Assembly (NCBI GenBank): GCA_051294905.1
Contig: CM119374.1
Location: 19,468,001 to 19,532,000 of the forward strand
DNA length: 64,000 nucleotides
Source: Botryllus schlosseri
Taxonomy: Eukaryota
Direction: 5' to 3'
Shown here: piece after piece, positions 14,447-27,300 of the stretch
How positions within the stretch are numbered: position 1 is the stretch's first letter
Layout: every line of letters begins with the position of its first letter
The notes under the pieces: model-generated
The model's input: the letters and a program-made list of their open reading frames with translations, nothing else
What the model was told of the DNA's origin: nothing
Database searches by the model: none
Translations under genes and position numbers: made by a program

Positions 14447-17243
14447 AGGCCTTTTGCAGGACTTCGATCACGTGACTAGGTCGCATAGCAACCACAAATT
14501 GGTTAGCAAGCTACTTTCTCGCGCACCTATTTCAGTGCTAAATATCGCATATTGTACTGTTGATTTCTAGTTGTAAACGTTTCGGAAATTTGTTGTAGAA
14601 GTCATCAGAGATCTACCTATGCTAGATGCCAATCCTGTACAAAGCATATAGAATGATATCGTCAGAATTACGCAGAAATCCGTCGTTAACTTAGCCGTAT
14701 TTCGGATACAGTATATTATCGTTTTCGGGCTGTAAACGTTTTATATAAAACGCATGTGTCATGGAAATGCGCAAGGATTCAAATATGTTTGATGTCTTTG
14801 ATTCATGAACTATGTAAACTCCTTGCGTCAAAATGATCGACATTGTAGCCGTTATTTGGTACCGTAGTCAACTATGATTTTATGACACAAAATTCGACAT
14901 TGCAGGACATTGACTGCGTGATATTTATTGCAACATTAAGTTAGGTGTGGATAGTATACTATACTATAGTTGTATTGTAGTGGTAGTGTGTAATCATTGC
15001 AGCATTTTGATGATTGATATCGATTGCAATATATATATGATACTGATATTTTTAAGCCTAGAGACAATGACTGCCAGTGCCAGTACGTTGATGTGTTAGG
15101 AATTCATGCCATGTGCTACATACTATATATATATTAAACATCCTATGCTATTGTATGGCTTCTCAGTTAAACAATTCAAAATATTTAGACCTCTACACCT
15201 ATATTACAAGTTATTGATCATTCTGTCATGCTGCCAAGTGCCACTACCCGAAGAAAAATGATTATCAGCTCCAATTGAGGGTGCAACAAACTGTCCCGAG
15301 GCCTGGATTACATGATTGGTTGCTTGGATTGGATTACTTCACTCTTTGGCAGAGTGCAAATATCTTGAGTTTCAAGACATGGCTATAGCACATGTATACG
15401 AATTAATGATCTGATGGATTATCCCAAGAGAGCCGAACATATAGGCAACTAAGAAATTGATAATGCCCTCGTCAAGAATTCAGCCTGGAGCCAATTATTA
15501 TCACCACATAAAATTCGGTCATGCAGTAGATGGCAGCGTGGTTTCATGCCAAAAGAAAATGTCAGCAGATGATCTGGCCACTGACTAACTGTCCTGAACT
15601 TCTTTCCAGATGTTGATGTCTGCTTTGAAAATGATATTTCATTTGTGTACAGCAAGACAAGCGCTCTTCCGTAGATGCTATGAATCTGTATAGACAAGTG
15701 GCCACTGGCCATGGAGGTAGATGAAAATACATAGGCATAAGAGTCTCGGCAGTTATTGAACTTGATAAGGTTAACATGCATTTTTCTTCAACTATTTCTT
15801 ATGCTCTGGGTATCGAATGCACAAAAATTAATAAATTGCACTTCTTTCCAAGTTTATTTGTAAATTCAATGAATCAAAGAATATCATAAGTTCAGAATAT
15901 TACGGAGTCAATGCAAAAGAAACAATGTTCGTCGTCTTTAGAGGATGTTTCGGAGTTGGTTGAACCAATACACAGAGGGGGTCAGCAACGAAGTACTATT
16001 TTACCCGAGTACTAGCGTCATTATGAGTTTAGGCTACTTCCACTTCTACTTGACACTTTTTAGGTACCGTAGTACTTTTTTGTCAGGTTTGGGATTTTGT
16101 CAACTAGAAAGTAGCTTTGGCACATGATTGCATTCCCTTCAAGCGTGAGGTTGTCATAACAACTGGGCAAAATAGCCCCAGTACCACGGTAACTAAATCA
16201 ATTTTTGAAAATTGCACATATTTGTGGTGTCATCACCCTTTTGCATTGATCAAGAAGATGCAACATGAAATGTTTACAGTTGTCACGTGGCATTAATTTC
16301 TAAAACTAAGGGACCCTCAACCAAATCTACTTCATGTAACGAATTTCTTGACTACTTTTCAGAAATTCATTTCTACTTCCACTTGAAGTACTTTGGACAT
16401 GTCCTGGAAGTAATTAGTGCTACTTGTACTGGAGTAGAAATTGAGGCATTACTTCTACTCGGTTTCCAACAATGGCCACGTTGACCACCTCTGGGTATAG
16501 GATGACCGATCTTGTCACTGCGTTTGAGCTGCTCTAAGAGGTATTTGATAGTTACTTCCCTTAGTTCGCTAAATAGCGCACATATGTGACATCAACTATT
16601 TATCAAAATCGCGTGTGATTTGCCAAATCCACTTCAATCGCAGTTGTGAAGTAGTGCTAATAAGATCGGCATTGTATAAGGCAACAATAAAGTGCACTGC
16701 ATTGCTTAGTCTTGATGGCAGGTTCTCCCAAAAGATACTTCCGATGTGTTCAGCGACATTTGTTTTATAGCAGCACGCCAGCACCCAAACCAGCAGACAG
16801 TATATCCTGATCCTTGCGGGTCCCGGCTGCTTCAGTCATATCTTCTATCCAAAATCAGGCTCCACAACAGACAAATAGTTCTGGTTGATCCAACAAATAC
16901 TCTTACCAGAGTATAAACCAATCGCTTTACTTCAAATGCATAAATTTAAGTAGCCTACATATGATCACTGATCAGGGTTGAGTACCGTAATACGACTACG
17001 TTACCGATGGATTTCTGCGTAATTCTGACGATAACATTCTATATGCTTTGTACATGATTGACATCTAGCATAGGTGAATCTCTGATGACTTCTACAACAA
17101 ATTTCCGAAACGTTTACAACCAGAAATCAACAGTACAATATGCGATATTTAGCACGGAAGCAGGTGCGCGAGAAAGTAGCTTGCTAACCAATTTGTGGTT
17201 GCTATGCGACCTAGTCACGTGATCGAAGTCCTGCAAAAGGCCT
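14447..17243. mobile_element. 2.8-kb DNA transposon with ~255-bp TIRs and AT target duplication (possibly ISL2EU/PHIS-like), no intact ORF
   Basis: 14447-~14705 and ~16990-17243 are near-identical inverted copies (AGGCCTTTTGCAGGACTTCGATCACGTGAC...), flanked by AT on both sides. The superfamily is inferred only from the TSD and termini. Confidence 0.75.
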
Positions 17244-17418
17244 ATTGCTTCATTGCCAATAGCCCACTGATACAAACATTTTGCTGTTTGGAAATGTTTT
17301 ATTGGGGATTGTGAGAAAGAAAAGTTGGAGGAGTAAGGTCAATCACGGGGACTTAGAAATGTTTACAAAAATCGGTTTTCTCTCGTGATACATATCCATT
17401 TTTCCATAAGAACTTTAA

Positions 17419-20162
17419 AGGTCAACTGCATGTCCGAAAATACTTTTGCTTATTTCGTAGATTATGTGGTTAGGAATAAGAAAAAAATAATGAAAATGAA
17501 AATTACGTGATAGTTTTCAAGTAATTTAAATTACAAATCGAAATTCCGAAAAACGGACCCGAAATCATCCAGCCGTGAAATGACGTCAAGTAGTTGACAC
17601 AACAAAAATCCTTGTTATTCCTGTTGGCTGTTAGGTGGGATTCGTTGCTTAGATTTGCTGTGGATTTGAATCATTGGGTGAGATCATGAAGGCTGTGAAG
17701 GAGGTGATTCATAGAGTCAGATTTTATGTCGCGTATGGTTGCTCCAATGCGCAATATGCCGTGCCTACAATGTCTTTGCATCGCTGCCAAAATCCATCCG
17801 TATACCGTCAGGCGACCTTATAGACAACCAAAGGCAGAGACATTTTCAATGACGTATCCGAGATACGCAACGCGCAATAAAGTTGATTGCTGACCTCGGA
17901 AACTCTCACACGTAGTGCCGAGGTACTGCAGTAGTGCCGTTCATACTTCATTTTCACGCACCAGTGAAATTGTGGTAATGGCAGAGGAACGCACTTCTAA
18001 AGCTATGCGCAAAGTGTCCAAAATCGGTAAGTGAAAATGTACTGTGTTAGCTAGTATTGTAAGAGTGTAACTAACCGTTTATAGTAGTATTGACTGTGGT
18101 ACGGTGGTCATCAAAGTAGTTATTGTTTACACTCATGTGCATGTGCAATCATCATCATCATTGGTTTATAAGCAATTTTATCAGTTCAATACACCACAAA
18201 AAATGCGATGAATGCAATGAAAAGACAGGAAGATGTCTAAGCGACAAGGAGTAGTCTATGGAATCTGACACCCACCTTGGCCTAGGCGATGTAAAGAGGA
18301 GGCATGCACACTAAATGAAAGTAAAGAAGATAGTATAGAAAAAGAAAGCGACAAGAACTAGGGCGGCATGTCATGGGAAGCGAGATCGATAGATCAGTCG
18401 TGGTCCGGTAATCTTGAGGATGGACTGTATATAGGCAAATAACTGAAATAAGTATGCCTTGAAAAACTTTGAGTAGAAGTGTACGTAGTCTGAAATAAAG
18501 CCACTTAAAAATCAATTAGGAAAAAAGATGTATAAAGGCATTAGTTAATAGGAGTCTGTAACCTGCTGACTTCATGATCTATAATGGTTATGTCGCAGAC
18601 CTCATTTTAATGGAAGAGTTGCTATTACTTTTGAAAATAAACTTCTGTTTGTGTACATTTGTAGTCATATAATAATATTAGTTACTTAAGTTACTGAATG
18701 AAGACGGTCAGATATCAGTGACTAAATCTCTCAAGATATCGACAGCTCAGTAAAAGATTGAAACGTATCACTATCACCATAGCAGTCTAAAAGTTAGGTA
18801 GGATGCAGTTGGCAATTCTTCATATTTATGATACTTCGGAACAGCATTTGGTATACTGCCTTTGATTCGACTTTATTATAAAACTCTGCAATGTTTTTAC
18901 ACCTGCTTTAGATTCCTGCAATGAAGAAGTTGACGCATGTATTCAAGCAAGACCAGATACGGCGGAGTCGACCAAGTCTATTGCGATGGCTTCCTCATTC
19001 AACTAGCGGCATCGTGAAAATTAGTTGAAGCCATTGCTGGACAAAAGAAGCTATTGTTGGACACAAAACTATATTTCTCTCCCTGACACAGTAGTACTGT
19101 TGATGGATTGGTTATGTTGCATTTATTATTTTCAATACAATTATTCCTTCGCGAAGAATTGCAAAATTGAAATCCTTTGAAAATACTAGATGTGAATTTT
19201 GATCGGATGTACAGACAGGATTTCTCGTTGGTTTGTGTCGCAGAATCCCAATGGCCAGCAAACAAAACTTCCGTACAGATTTTCTCAGCTTCCTGAAAAG
19301 CATAATTGTTGTGTTACTGACGGGTTATTACTTGGCACCCGACTCAACGTTTCATGTGAATGAGACTCATTCGCTCATGCATCGAACTAGATGGTATAAT
19401 TATATGACAATATTCCTGTTGATATCTATAGTGAGATATCTCTCTGATTGAGCTACTGATTGAAATGCTGTGATGCACTAATAATTCGTTAGTTGCTCTC
19501 CCACTAATAGTTTGCATAAGTTGGCAATAACCTCCATCCTCTATCCTGTAATTGATAATACCAAGATTAATAACTGAAAAGAGGTAGGGTACTCAACCAA
19601 ATTACACATACCGGTGTATTTCATTTGGTATAGACAAGCGGCTTCAGCTGAACAAGCTAGGCTGATCATACTATATATTACTAACCTCCTTAGGTTATTC
19701 ATCAATAATCATACTCAAACGACCCCTCGTTTTCGGAGCAGCAAGGAGTTCCACTGATACGGGATTGAGCTCATCAACACTTGATACGTGTTCACTGTTC
19801 AGTTTAAACATTACTTTCGTAAGCAAGGGCAAAAACATACTTACATTCGTCATCTGAGTAATCGCACTCACTTGGTGAATCCATTACAAGCGAAACCTCC
19901 GCGATAACTAACTAATATAATCGCCCTGCTACTGCAAAAGCACCAGCCCTATAGCATACATCCGCAGCGGCCAGAAGAGATGTCAACTACATGACGTCAC
20001 ATTGAACATTTCGCTTTTTCTGTAAACATACCAATATTGGGACTTTCAGTCCAAATTACGGCAATTTCCGATTAGTTTGAAATACGGAAAGTCGGCAATT
20101 TCGGTATGAAAAAAAATTCTGAACATGATTAGGCGAAGTTGTTTATAAGATGCAGTTGACCT
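17419..20162 (+). mobile_element. Kolobok-type DNA transposon remnant
   Basis: 13-bp TIR AGGTCAACTGCAT/ATGCAGTTGACCT flanked by TTAA on both sides. Degenerate THAP-domain start at 17686-17823 (FYVAYGCSNAQ...SLHR). Confidence 0.82.
18147..18430 (-). mobile_element. SINE-like/short retroposon with (ATG)n tail, copy 1
   Basis: About 285 bp, closely matching 45213-45498, with the same 5' end and a (ATG)n tail on the minus strand. Confidence 0.7.
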
Positions 20163-20900
20163 TTAAGATAAGCTGCTATGACCAGTATGTTTGTCAATTT
20201 GTTGCGATCGTACCCAAATGTGCCGTCGGAAGCGCTCTGCGTTATTATTACATTCGCCACCATCTATATTTGTGGAAATGGATTTTTGGCAGTCGCTCAT
20301 ATCAAATCGAAGGCGCTGATTTTCAAGACACAACCACGTATTTCAAGAAATGCAGTTGCGGAATTCGCTTTGAAATATAGAAGTCAACCCAATTTCTACA
20401 TGATTAGTACGGTCTTATTTTTCAAGAAAAGTCATTTTAATTTTTTGTTACGTGGGTTATTGTATGTATTATGATGCTTCCCTGTTGAGTAGTAAGGTAT
20501 GACGTCATGTCTTACCTAACTGTGCATGACCAATTGACCATATCACTCGTGCTTGACCGCTTTTTCTCTTATCTCCTCTCTGGTTGGTGACACAGGGATG
20601 CCATAATAAATGTACAGCAAGAAACATTTATCACTAAGGCTACAGGTATCATTTGAACAAGACAGATGACGATTGCACGATAATAGAGCTAGATTTGAAC
20701 TAAAACTTCGTGGGGTCCGTGACAGTCCAAAAGGGGTCCGCGAAGACAAAAAGGTTGAGAACCACTGCTCTAACGTCAAGAGTGACAGTCAACATCACAT
20801 CGTTCCACTAACATCCCGAACCTGAAGCACATATCGATGTGGACAGAAAAAGTTCCACTTTTCGTCAATATAGTCATTTAGTCACGAATAGGGCTGGGCA

Positions 20901-23317
20901 CATTGGCGTAGCCAGGGAGGGGCAAAAGGGGCGATCGCCCCCCCCCAAATTTTTGGAAAATTTTCGTAAAATCAATAAATATTACAGTACTGTGGGGCAG
21001 ATGAACGCGACCGAAACAATTTCTTCGCGCTTCGCGCGATATAGTGCCCATAGATGTCTTGATTTTATCGGTTTACTAAAATAAAATTCTGAAAATAATC
21101 ATAATTCAGTTTAGCTGCATTTTCAATTATGAGAACACAACAATACTCGTAGATACACATGAATAGCCCGAAGTCGTTGGGTTGATTGAGTCTAGGGGTT
21201 TCACTTCAGTATGGGGGGACTATTAGTTCCGGCAATTTCCGTTCCGGGACAGACGAAGACATAAATACGACTGGCACAGGAAAATATCGCCACCTCCCGT
21301 TGTTAAAAAGTGCCAATTTGAAATCGCACGAGTTTGATCCAAGTTTTTCTTTAAATTTGGTCTGATATGTATCAGCGATTCCAATCTTTAAAGTAGCGTC
21401 AATCTTTACCAGAGGTTACTAAACAACCCTGCTTTAACTAAGTAATTATTCAGAATGGACACCACTTGCTCATATACATGGACCGATATTATTGATCAAA
21501 GTCATTCATTTATTCAAAACAGTTTTGCGCTCCGCGCCACTAGGCTCGAAATTCACACTGATTTTTCATCACTTAATGTCAGCGATTTGGGCTCGTTCGT
21601 CAATCGATCTCCTAATACAAGCTATACTTAGAACTGGAAGCTTCGCCATAGGGTGTGTGTGTGCGTCTAAGAATCGCATGTATAATGGGCAGTGATGAAA
21701 TTGCCCACGGAAGGATGTACGGTCCCATGAGGTGTACCCTAGGCTTACCATACGTCCTCTTTTAAGAGGATTTGTCCTCTTTTTTGACTTTTTTGAAAGT
21801 GTCCTCAGAGGACGCTATTTTGTCCTATTTTTTGAGATTTTGTCCTCTTTTTTAGGATTTAGAGCAGATTTAGAGCAAATTGCGAGTGATATGCCACATA
21901 TTAGCACAGACGTGAATTTAGCTCTGAGCGAAAAGATGACCTTTTTTTTTTTAGTTAACCAGTCACAAAGTGGGAAAAATTAACCGGTTTTTGAGAATTC
22001 TACTCCGATTTTGATAGTTGGAAATTTATGAAAAAGTGTCCTCTTTTTAGATTTCCAAAATATGGTAAGCCTAGTGTACCCCCTCCCCCACAAAATAATG
22101 TTTTTCTGTCTACGACCTTGAGTGTGGGCGATCTTTTGAGTGGTGACAGCTTTCTCCGCAGGTCATGAAGTAACTACAGTAAGAAAATGAAAACTGTTCC
22201 GCCCGGCGCACACCTTCTAGCAACTCATAAATGGTCATGCCGTGTGCAGGAACGCAACTGCCGCACCCCAAATCTCCCATTGGGAGGCGAGCTTGAGCCC
22301 AAGGGGAAAATTTTTTCGTAAATTACCTATAAATTAATTATATATTATAGAGTATTTTTTTGAAAATTTATGCAAGTTTTTCAAAATATTTTCGCGCTAT
22401 ACGCGATTTCAAGTTGCCAAATATCTCGCAACATTTATAAAGATGGGCATGTCGGCGTTGGCCATAACAGAGCCACGATTTAGCAAGACATATAAAGTTT
22501 TGGGCCATGTAACTTGCGACTCCTAGAAGTGTACCAGAACGATCGGCAGCGAGAAACATCGTAACATCATGTTACGGAGTCATATCAACGTGCCCTACAG
22601 TTTCCAAGACACATCACTCAGTTCTATCTGTAAATCTGATTACGTGAGCAGAGAGAGAATAAAAATTGATAGCAATATATATGCAATTCCCTATCATATT
22701 GACCGATTCAATCAAGAATTATAGAAATTTTTGGCGCTTCGCGCGACTCGGCGTGATACGCTGCCTCAGTGAACGGCCCCAATCTAGATGACAAGTTGTG
22801 GTAAACAGCGGATAGCCTGGGGGGGCAAAGCCCCCAGAAGTTCGGATTATCGTCATATGGGGGCCCAAGACCAACGTTTGGGGGGGGGCTGACGAAGTGC
22901 TCTTACGGCCCTGTATGAACATGAACATACAGTTCCAGTTGCATAATTGAGTGCCCCTGAATATTCGATGACACCACTTCTATCAGCCTTACCGGTAAAT
23001 CTGATAATGAAAACGTATTTACAATATGCAAGTAACAATATAATAAACCAATTTATTTCATTTAACCTTGAAAAATCTGCGCGCTTCGCGCGAAAGTGTT
23101 GGCGCCCGAGTTTTCCACAATCATATTATTATAACATCACTTTATATCTGTGAGTGGAATATATGTATAACGATCGCCCCGGATGTTGTGGTAATCATAC
23201 AATAAGGGCCAAGACCATCGTTGTTTCACCTATTTTTTTCTTATCTTCAAGGGGGGGGGGGGGTTACGTCATCGAATTTTTCGCCCCCCTCAAATATTTT
23301 TTCTGGCTACGCCCTTG
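20901..23317. mobile_element. hAT (Tip100-like termini) non-autonomous element inserted in the left TIR of the element above
   Basis: Termini CATTGGCGTAGCCAG and CTGGCTACGCCCTTG; 8-bp TSD GCTGGGCA (20893-20900 and 23318-23325). Confidence 0.85.
21740..22073. mobile_element. hAT MITE (Blackjack-like termini)
   Basis: TIR TAGGCTTACCATA/TATGGTAAGCCTA; perfect 8-bp TSD GTGTACCC; internal TGTCCTCTTTT repeats. Confidence 0.88.
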
Positions 23318-24332
23318 GCTGGGCACAATGATTCGAGTACTCGAATCTGAATCGAGTATTAATTTTAATGATTCGAGTAGAGTAGTAAAAAACGATTTTT
23401 TCGAGTACTGAAATTATACGCTCCTCGCCACTGAAAGTTGATTTATTAACGAGGAGTTTATCAACGCTCAACGAGTTTATGCTAATTTCACTATTGAAGC
23501 CTTGAAACCTTGATTGGCCGTATCGTAGCATACGAAACATGAAGTACAAAGCTACGAACGTGACTGGAAATAGCACATTTCCAAAGTCATGATCATCCCA
23601 CAATATTGTCACCAAGTGCAATGAAATCGGTATGGTCGAAAAAAAATAACAAAGTATCCTTAATATGATGGATAACAGGCAGTATATTCTTTGTGGTCGC
23701 TTAAAAGGTACATATTTGAAATAATATTCTGCTATGACGTCATAATGAGTGATACTCGATTACTCGACTCGAATCATTTTACGTGATTCAGAATCGAATC
23801 ACTCGGGTACTCGATTTTGCCCAGCCCTAGTCACGAACAGTTAGCCAAGCCCATCAGTGCCAGTAACTGATTTGGCCAGGAATGCAAATTTCAAGATACC
23901 AGAAAATACAATTGCATCACAGGCGTTTTATTCTCATACATGAAGTAAATATAATCAAATAGAAAGTTGAAGTTTAAATTTTAACGAACAGAAAACAACT
24001 AACATTGCAGTTAAACGTATCTTACATAATTGTGATTTCTACAAATGCTACTGAAAGTCGCGCCAAAAACATGAAACGGTAAATTATGAAAAAGCGGATA
24101 ACACACTCAAGATTTGAGATATGCACGAAGATATCGATTTTCATGAAAGGTATTATTTATTCAGTAAAGGCCAACGATACTATTTAGGACCAGTGATTGC
24201 ATGCGGTAACATCACAATGAATTAATGCTGCATGACCTTATTCCGACTTATGGCTCGATCCATATTTAACGCAAGATTTTACAGAAAGGTTTCTAGATAT
24301 ATATCCATTGTACAAGACCGCACAAAATTCTC

Positions 24333-27300
24333 TCATTCTGCTGTGCGTAACAGTTCCTTCATTTCTGCTTGCAGTTCAGTAACTTTTCTTCTCAACTCTT
24401 CATTTTCATGTGTAACGTCCTTCAACCTCTTCTTTGCGGTTAGATTACTTCTAGCAGTGACCTTCAGCAACGGCAGTAAGAAATGGCTGTTGAGTTTGCT
24501 AAGCGCTTGTACGTGTACTGAACTGTTGTGGAGAGTTGTCATGAAATCGGTTTTGCAGCTGTGAAAAATTATACCATTATTATTATTTTATGAATCTTAT
24601 TAGACACAGGACACAGTACACAGGCGGTAACAGCAATTTCAATTTGTGGTGATAAGCATACTAAAGCATCTGATGATGATTGTGGTGACAAGCAACTAAA
24701 TTAGAAATGGGAGTATGACTTGGCTTTTGGCCAATCCCGCAAAACAGAAACAGGTTGTGTATATAGTATTTCGTGGTCGAGCTTTGCTGACATAGCTAAA
24801 CTATGTTAAGATGACAGTCCAAGGCAGAGATGAGGGGTGGGTTATCGCTTTGCTGTTTGGCTTTTTGCGGAAAATTATTTCAGCATTGTGTTATTCCTTG
24901 CTGCATATCGGAGAAAATGTAATTTACTGCAGTCTCCCAGGGGCGTTAGTGAAATGGGAAAGTACAAAATGTGACAACTACGCAAGAGCTAAGAGCAAAA
25001 TGCTGTCATGTAGGTTTCAAACCTGAAGAACATAATATGTATGCATGATCAATTGAGAAGCAAAGAAAGAAATGGAACATGCAGACACTCTGCAAATCTT
25101 AAACTGTTGGGTTATACAACGGAGCCTTCAGAGTATCTCTTACCCTATTAAAAAAAACTTGTGAATAAATGCAACTTTGGTTGAAAATAAGTGCAACCCT
25201 AGTCAGTTATTCTGCAGTGGCCGTGAAGATTATTGGATTATTGCTGCTATTTTGAAAGTAGCTGAAATATACTTTTCATTCCATCATTTTCCACTTCCAC
25301 TTCAAGTAATTATGACACAACTTGGAAAATTCAACGTCTACTTGTAACCAAGTAGATATTTCCTTCATAACTTCAGCGTCTACTCCACACTGCTACTTTG
25401 ACCACGTCTGGCGATCAGACAGCAGTGCTAAACAGAGAACTGAGGAGAGAAGTTAGTGAGCAGAGAGCCAGTGATATCGATTCTTGGCGGTGCCCAATGG
25501 GCACAGATGCGGTTGCAATTTGAGGTTGTCGCAGTGTTGGGATCAAGTCACTACCTTCGAGTCACGAGTCATTGCACATTTTGACTCAAGTCAAGTCACA
25601 ATTCAAGTCACGTTGCCTTTCCGAAGTACGAGACATGATTATGTCATTGCATTTTGCTAGCTGTCTGAAATACAGATTGAGTGGTCATTAATTTTGAACC
25701 GATGAACGAATTCAGAGTTCAATATACACGCAAGGAAGCGCTGTACCGCTCACATATACGTATAACTGCTGAACTACGTAAGTAATTGCATAGCCTCAGT
25801 TTACAGTTACCAGCCAAAATAGAGAAAAGAAACGAATTGATAAGATGCAATACATTACCCGTTTACAAATTGATATGATACAATTCCAGCCTGCGCCAAT
25901 GGTTGGGGACTATATAAACTATTTTCGATTTCAATAAAACAAGGTTTGGTTAAGGTAAGAACAGAGAACAGAGAGTAGAAGTACACATTTTGCTGTTAAA
26001 TTACTTTACTATTCTAGTTTACGACAATGTAAGCTGTAAGCTTCGATCACTTCGTTTGCGGTCAATTTATTTGTGAGAAAACGATGGAGGCTCAGTAAAA
26101 CGCACGGTCATTGAATTATTGGGTGACACCACCGTTTCGTAAACGATCCGAACATATGTAAGATACAGTGATTTTATTCGACACCAATTACTTGATGACT
26201 TGAAATTGACTCGTGAAATTTACTCCCAGTCACGAGTCAATCCACATTTCTGATACGGCAAGTCAAGTCATACGAAAAGGGTGAATCGAGTCATCCCAAC
26301 ACCGGATTCTCGCAGATGATGCTCGTGTACAAGTTGAAGTGAGTGTGTGCGAGAAAGTCTTGTGGCTACTCCCGGTTGTGAGGTTCACACAGCGGATTGC
26401 TTGAACAATGATTTGACGGATGCCCTTCCCACTGTAAACCTACCCGTTTACCTGTGACTGGGCCCAGCATTGGTATTTCGCATCAGTAGAAGTAACACGA
26501 TGAAGTTCTACTCAAATTAAATCAGAGACTTAGACACGCGGTGATGTTATCTACCTGTTGGCTTTCCGAAACATGTCACACTCTTCTTGCATTATTATCT
26601 TGGGCAGTTCTTTCAAAGCCGCTGAATTATGTTGCCGGGTTTCCGTTCCATGGGTGATAACGATGGGAATGGCAATGCTGTCATGCCTAAAAATGTGTAA
26701 GACTTGTGAAATCATCAGAGATTGTAAGATACACAAATTGAACACGAAAATTTGACAATGCGAAATTGATTTTGAAAAAGCTTAGCACTGGTAGGAAATT
26801 GTTTGATATCTCCCTCCTATGCATAGCTACGCCTGCAACGGTACTGTAACACCAGACTCACCTCACAGTGCTTTGATGCGATGCCGGTACAGATTGAAAA
26901 CAAGTAACGTGGACGGATTGCTGGCAAAATGACAAAAAAAGGTTATTTCAATATCACTGAACTCGAGCAGTCATGAGTAAATTGGGAATGAAACTACAGA
27001 TTTCAGCGGATAAAGTGATATTTTCTGTCGATATAAAAATTGTGATACATTTCCAGTAGAAATAACTCATGAATACTCCAATAAGTACACTTTTCGAAAA
27101 GATATTCAGTTATCGTACCGTATCATGCTGTTCTTACAACTTCACTCTCAAAACTACTTTCAAAATCAGAAGCGTTAAAAGCACAATGTTTCTCCAAGAA
27201 ACAGTTCCGGTAGAAGTAATTAGTTGAAAAACATAATCACTTGAGTAAGTTGCAAGTATAAATAGAAAGATATTGAGGCCCCAAGAGTTGACACACAGTT

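Larger units (their letters stand above)
14230..20767 (+). mobile_element. hAT (Charlie/Buster-type) deletion derivative hosting nested elements
   Basis: Termini CAGCGGTTCTCAACC and GGTTGAGAACCACTG; perfect 8-bp TSD CTCTAACG (14222-14229 and 20768-20775). Degenerate hAT dimerization-domain residues YPNVPSEALCVIITFATIYICGNGF...IKSK at about 20210-20310. Confidence 0.9.
20889..23829. mobile_element. Non-autonomous hAT element (TAGGGCTG termini)
   Basis: TIR TAGGGCTGGGCA/TGCCCAGCCCTA; perfect 8-bp TSD GTCACGAA (20881-20888 and 23830-23837); subterminal ACTCGA/TCGAGT repeats. Confidence 0.88.
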
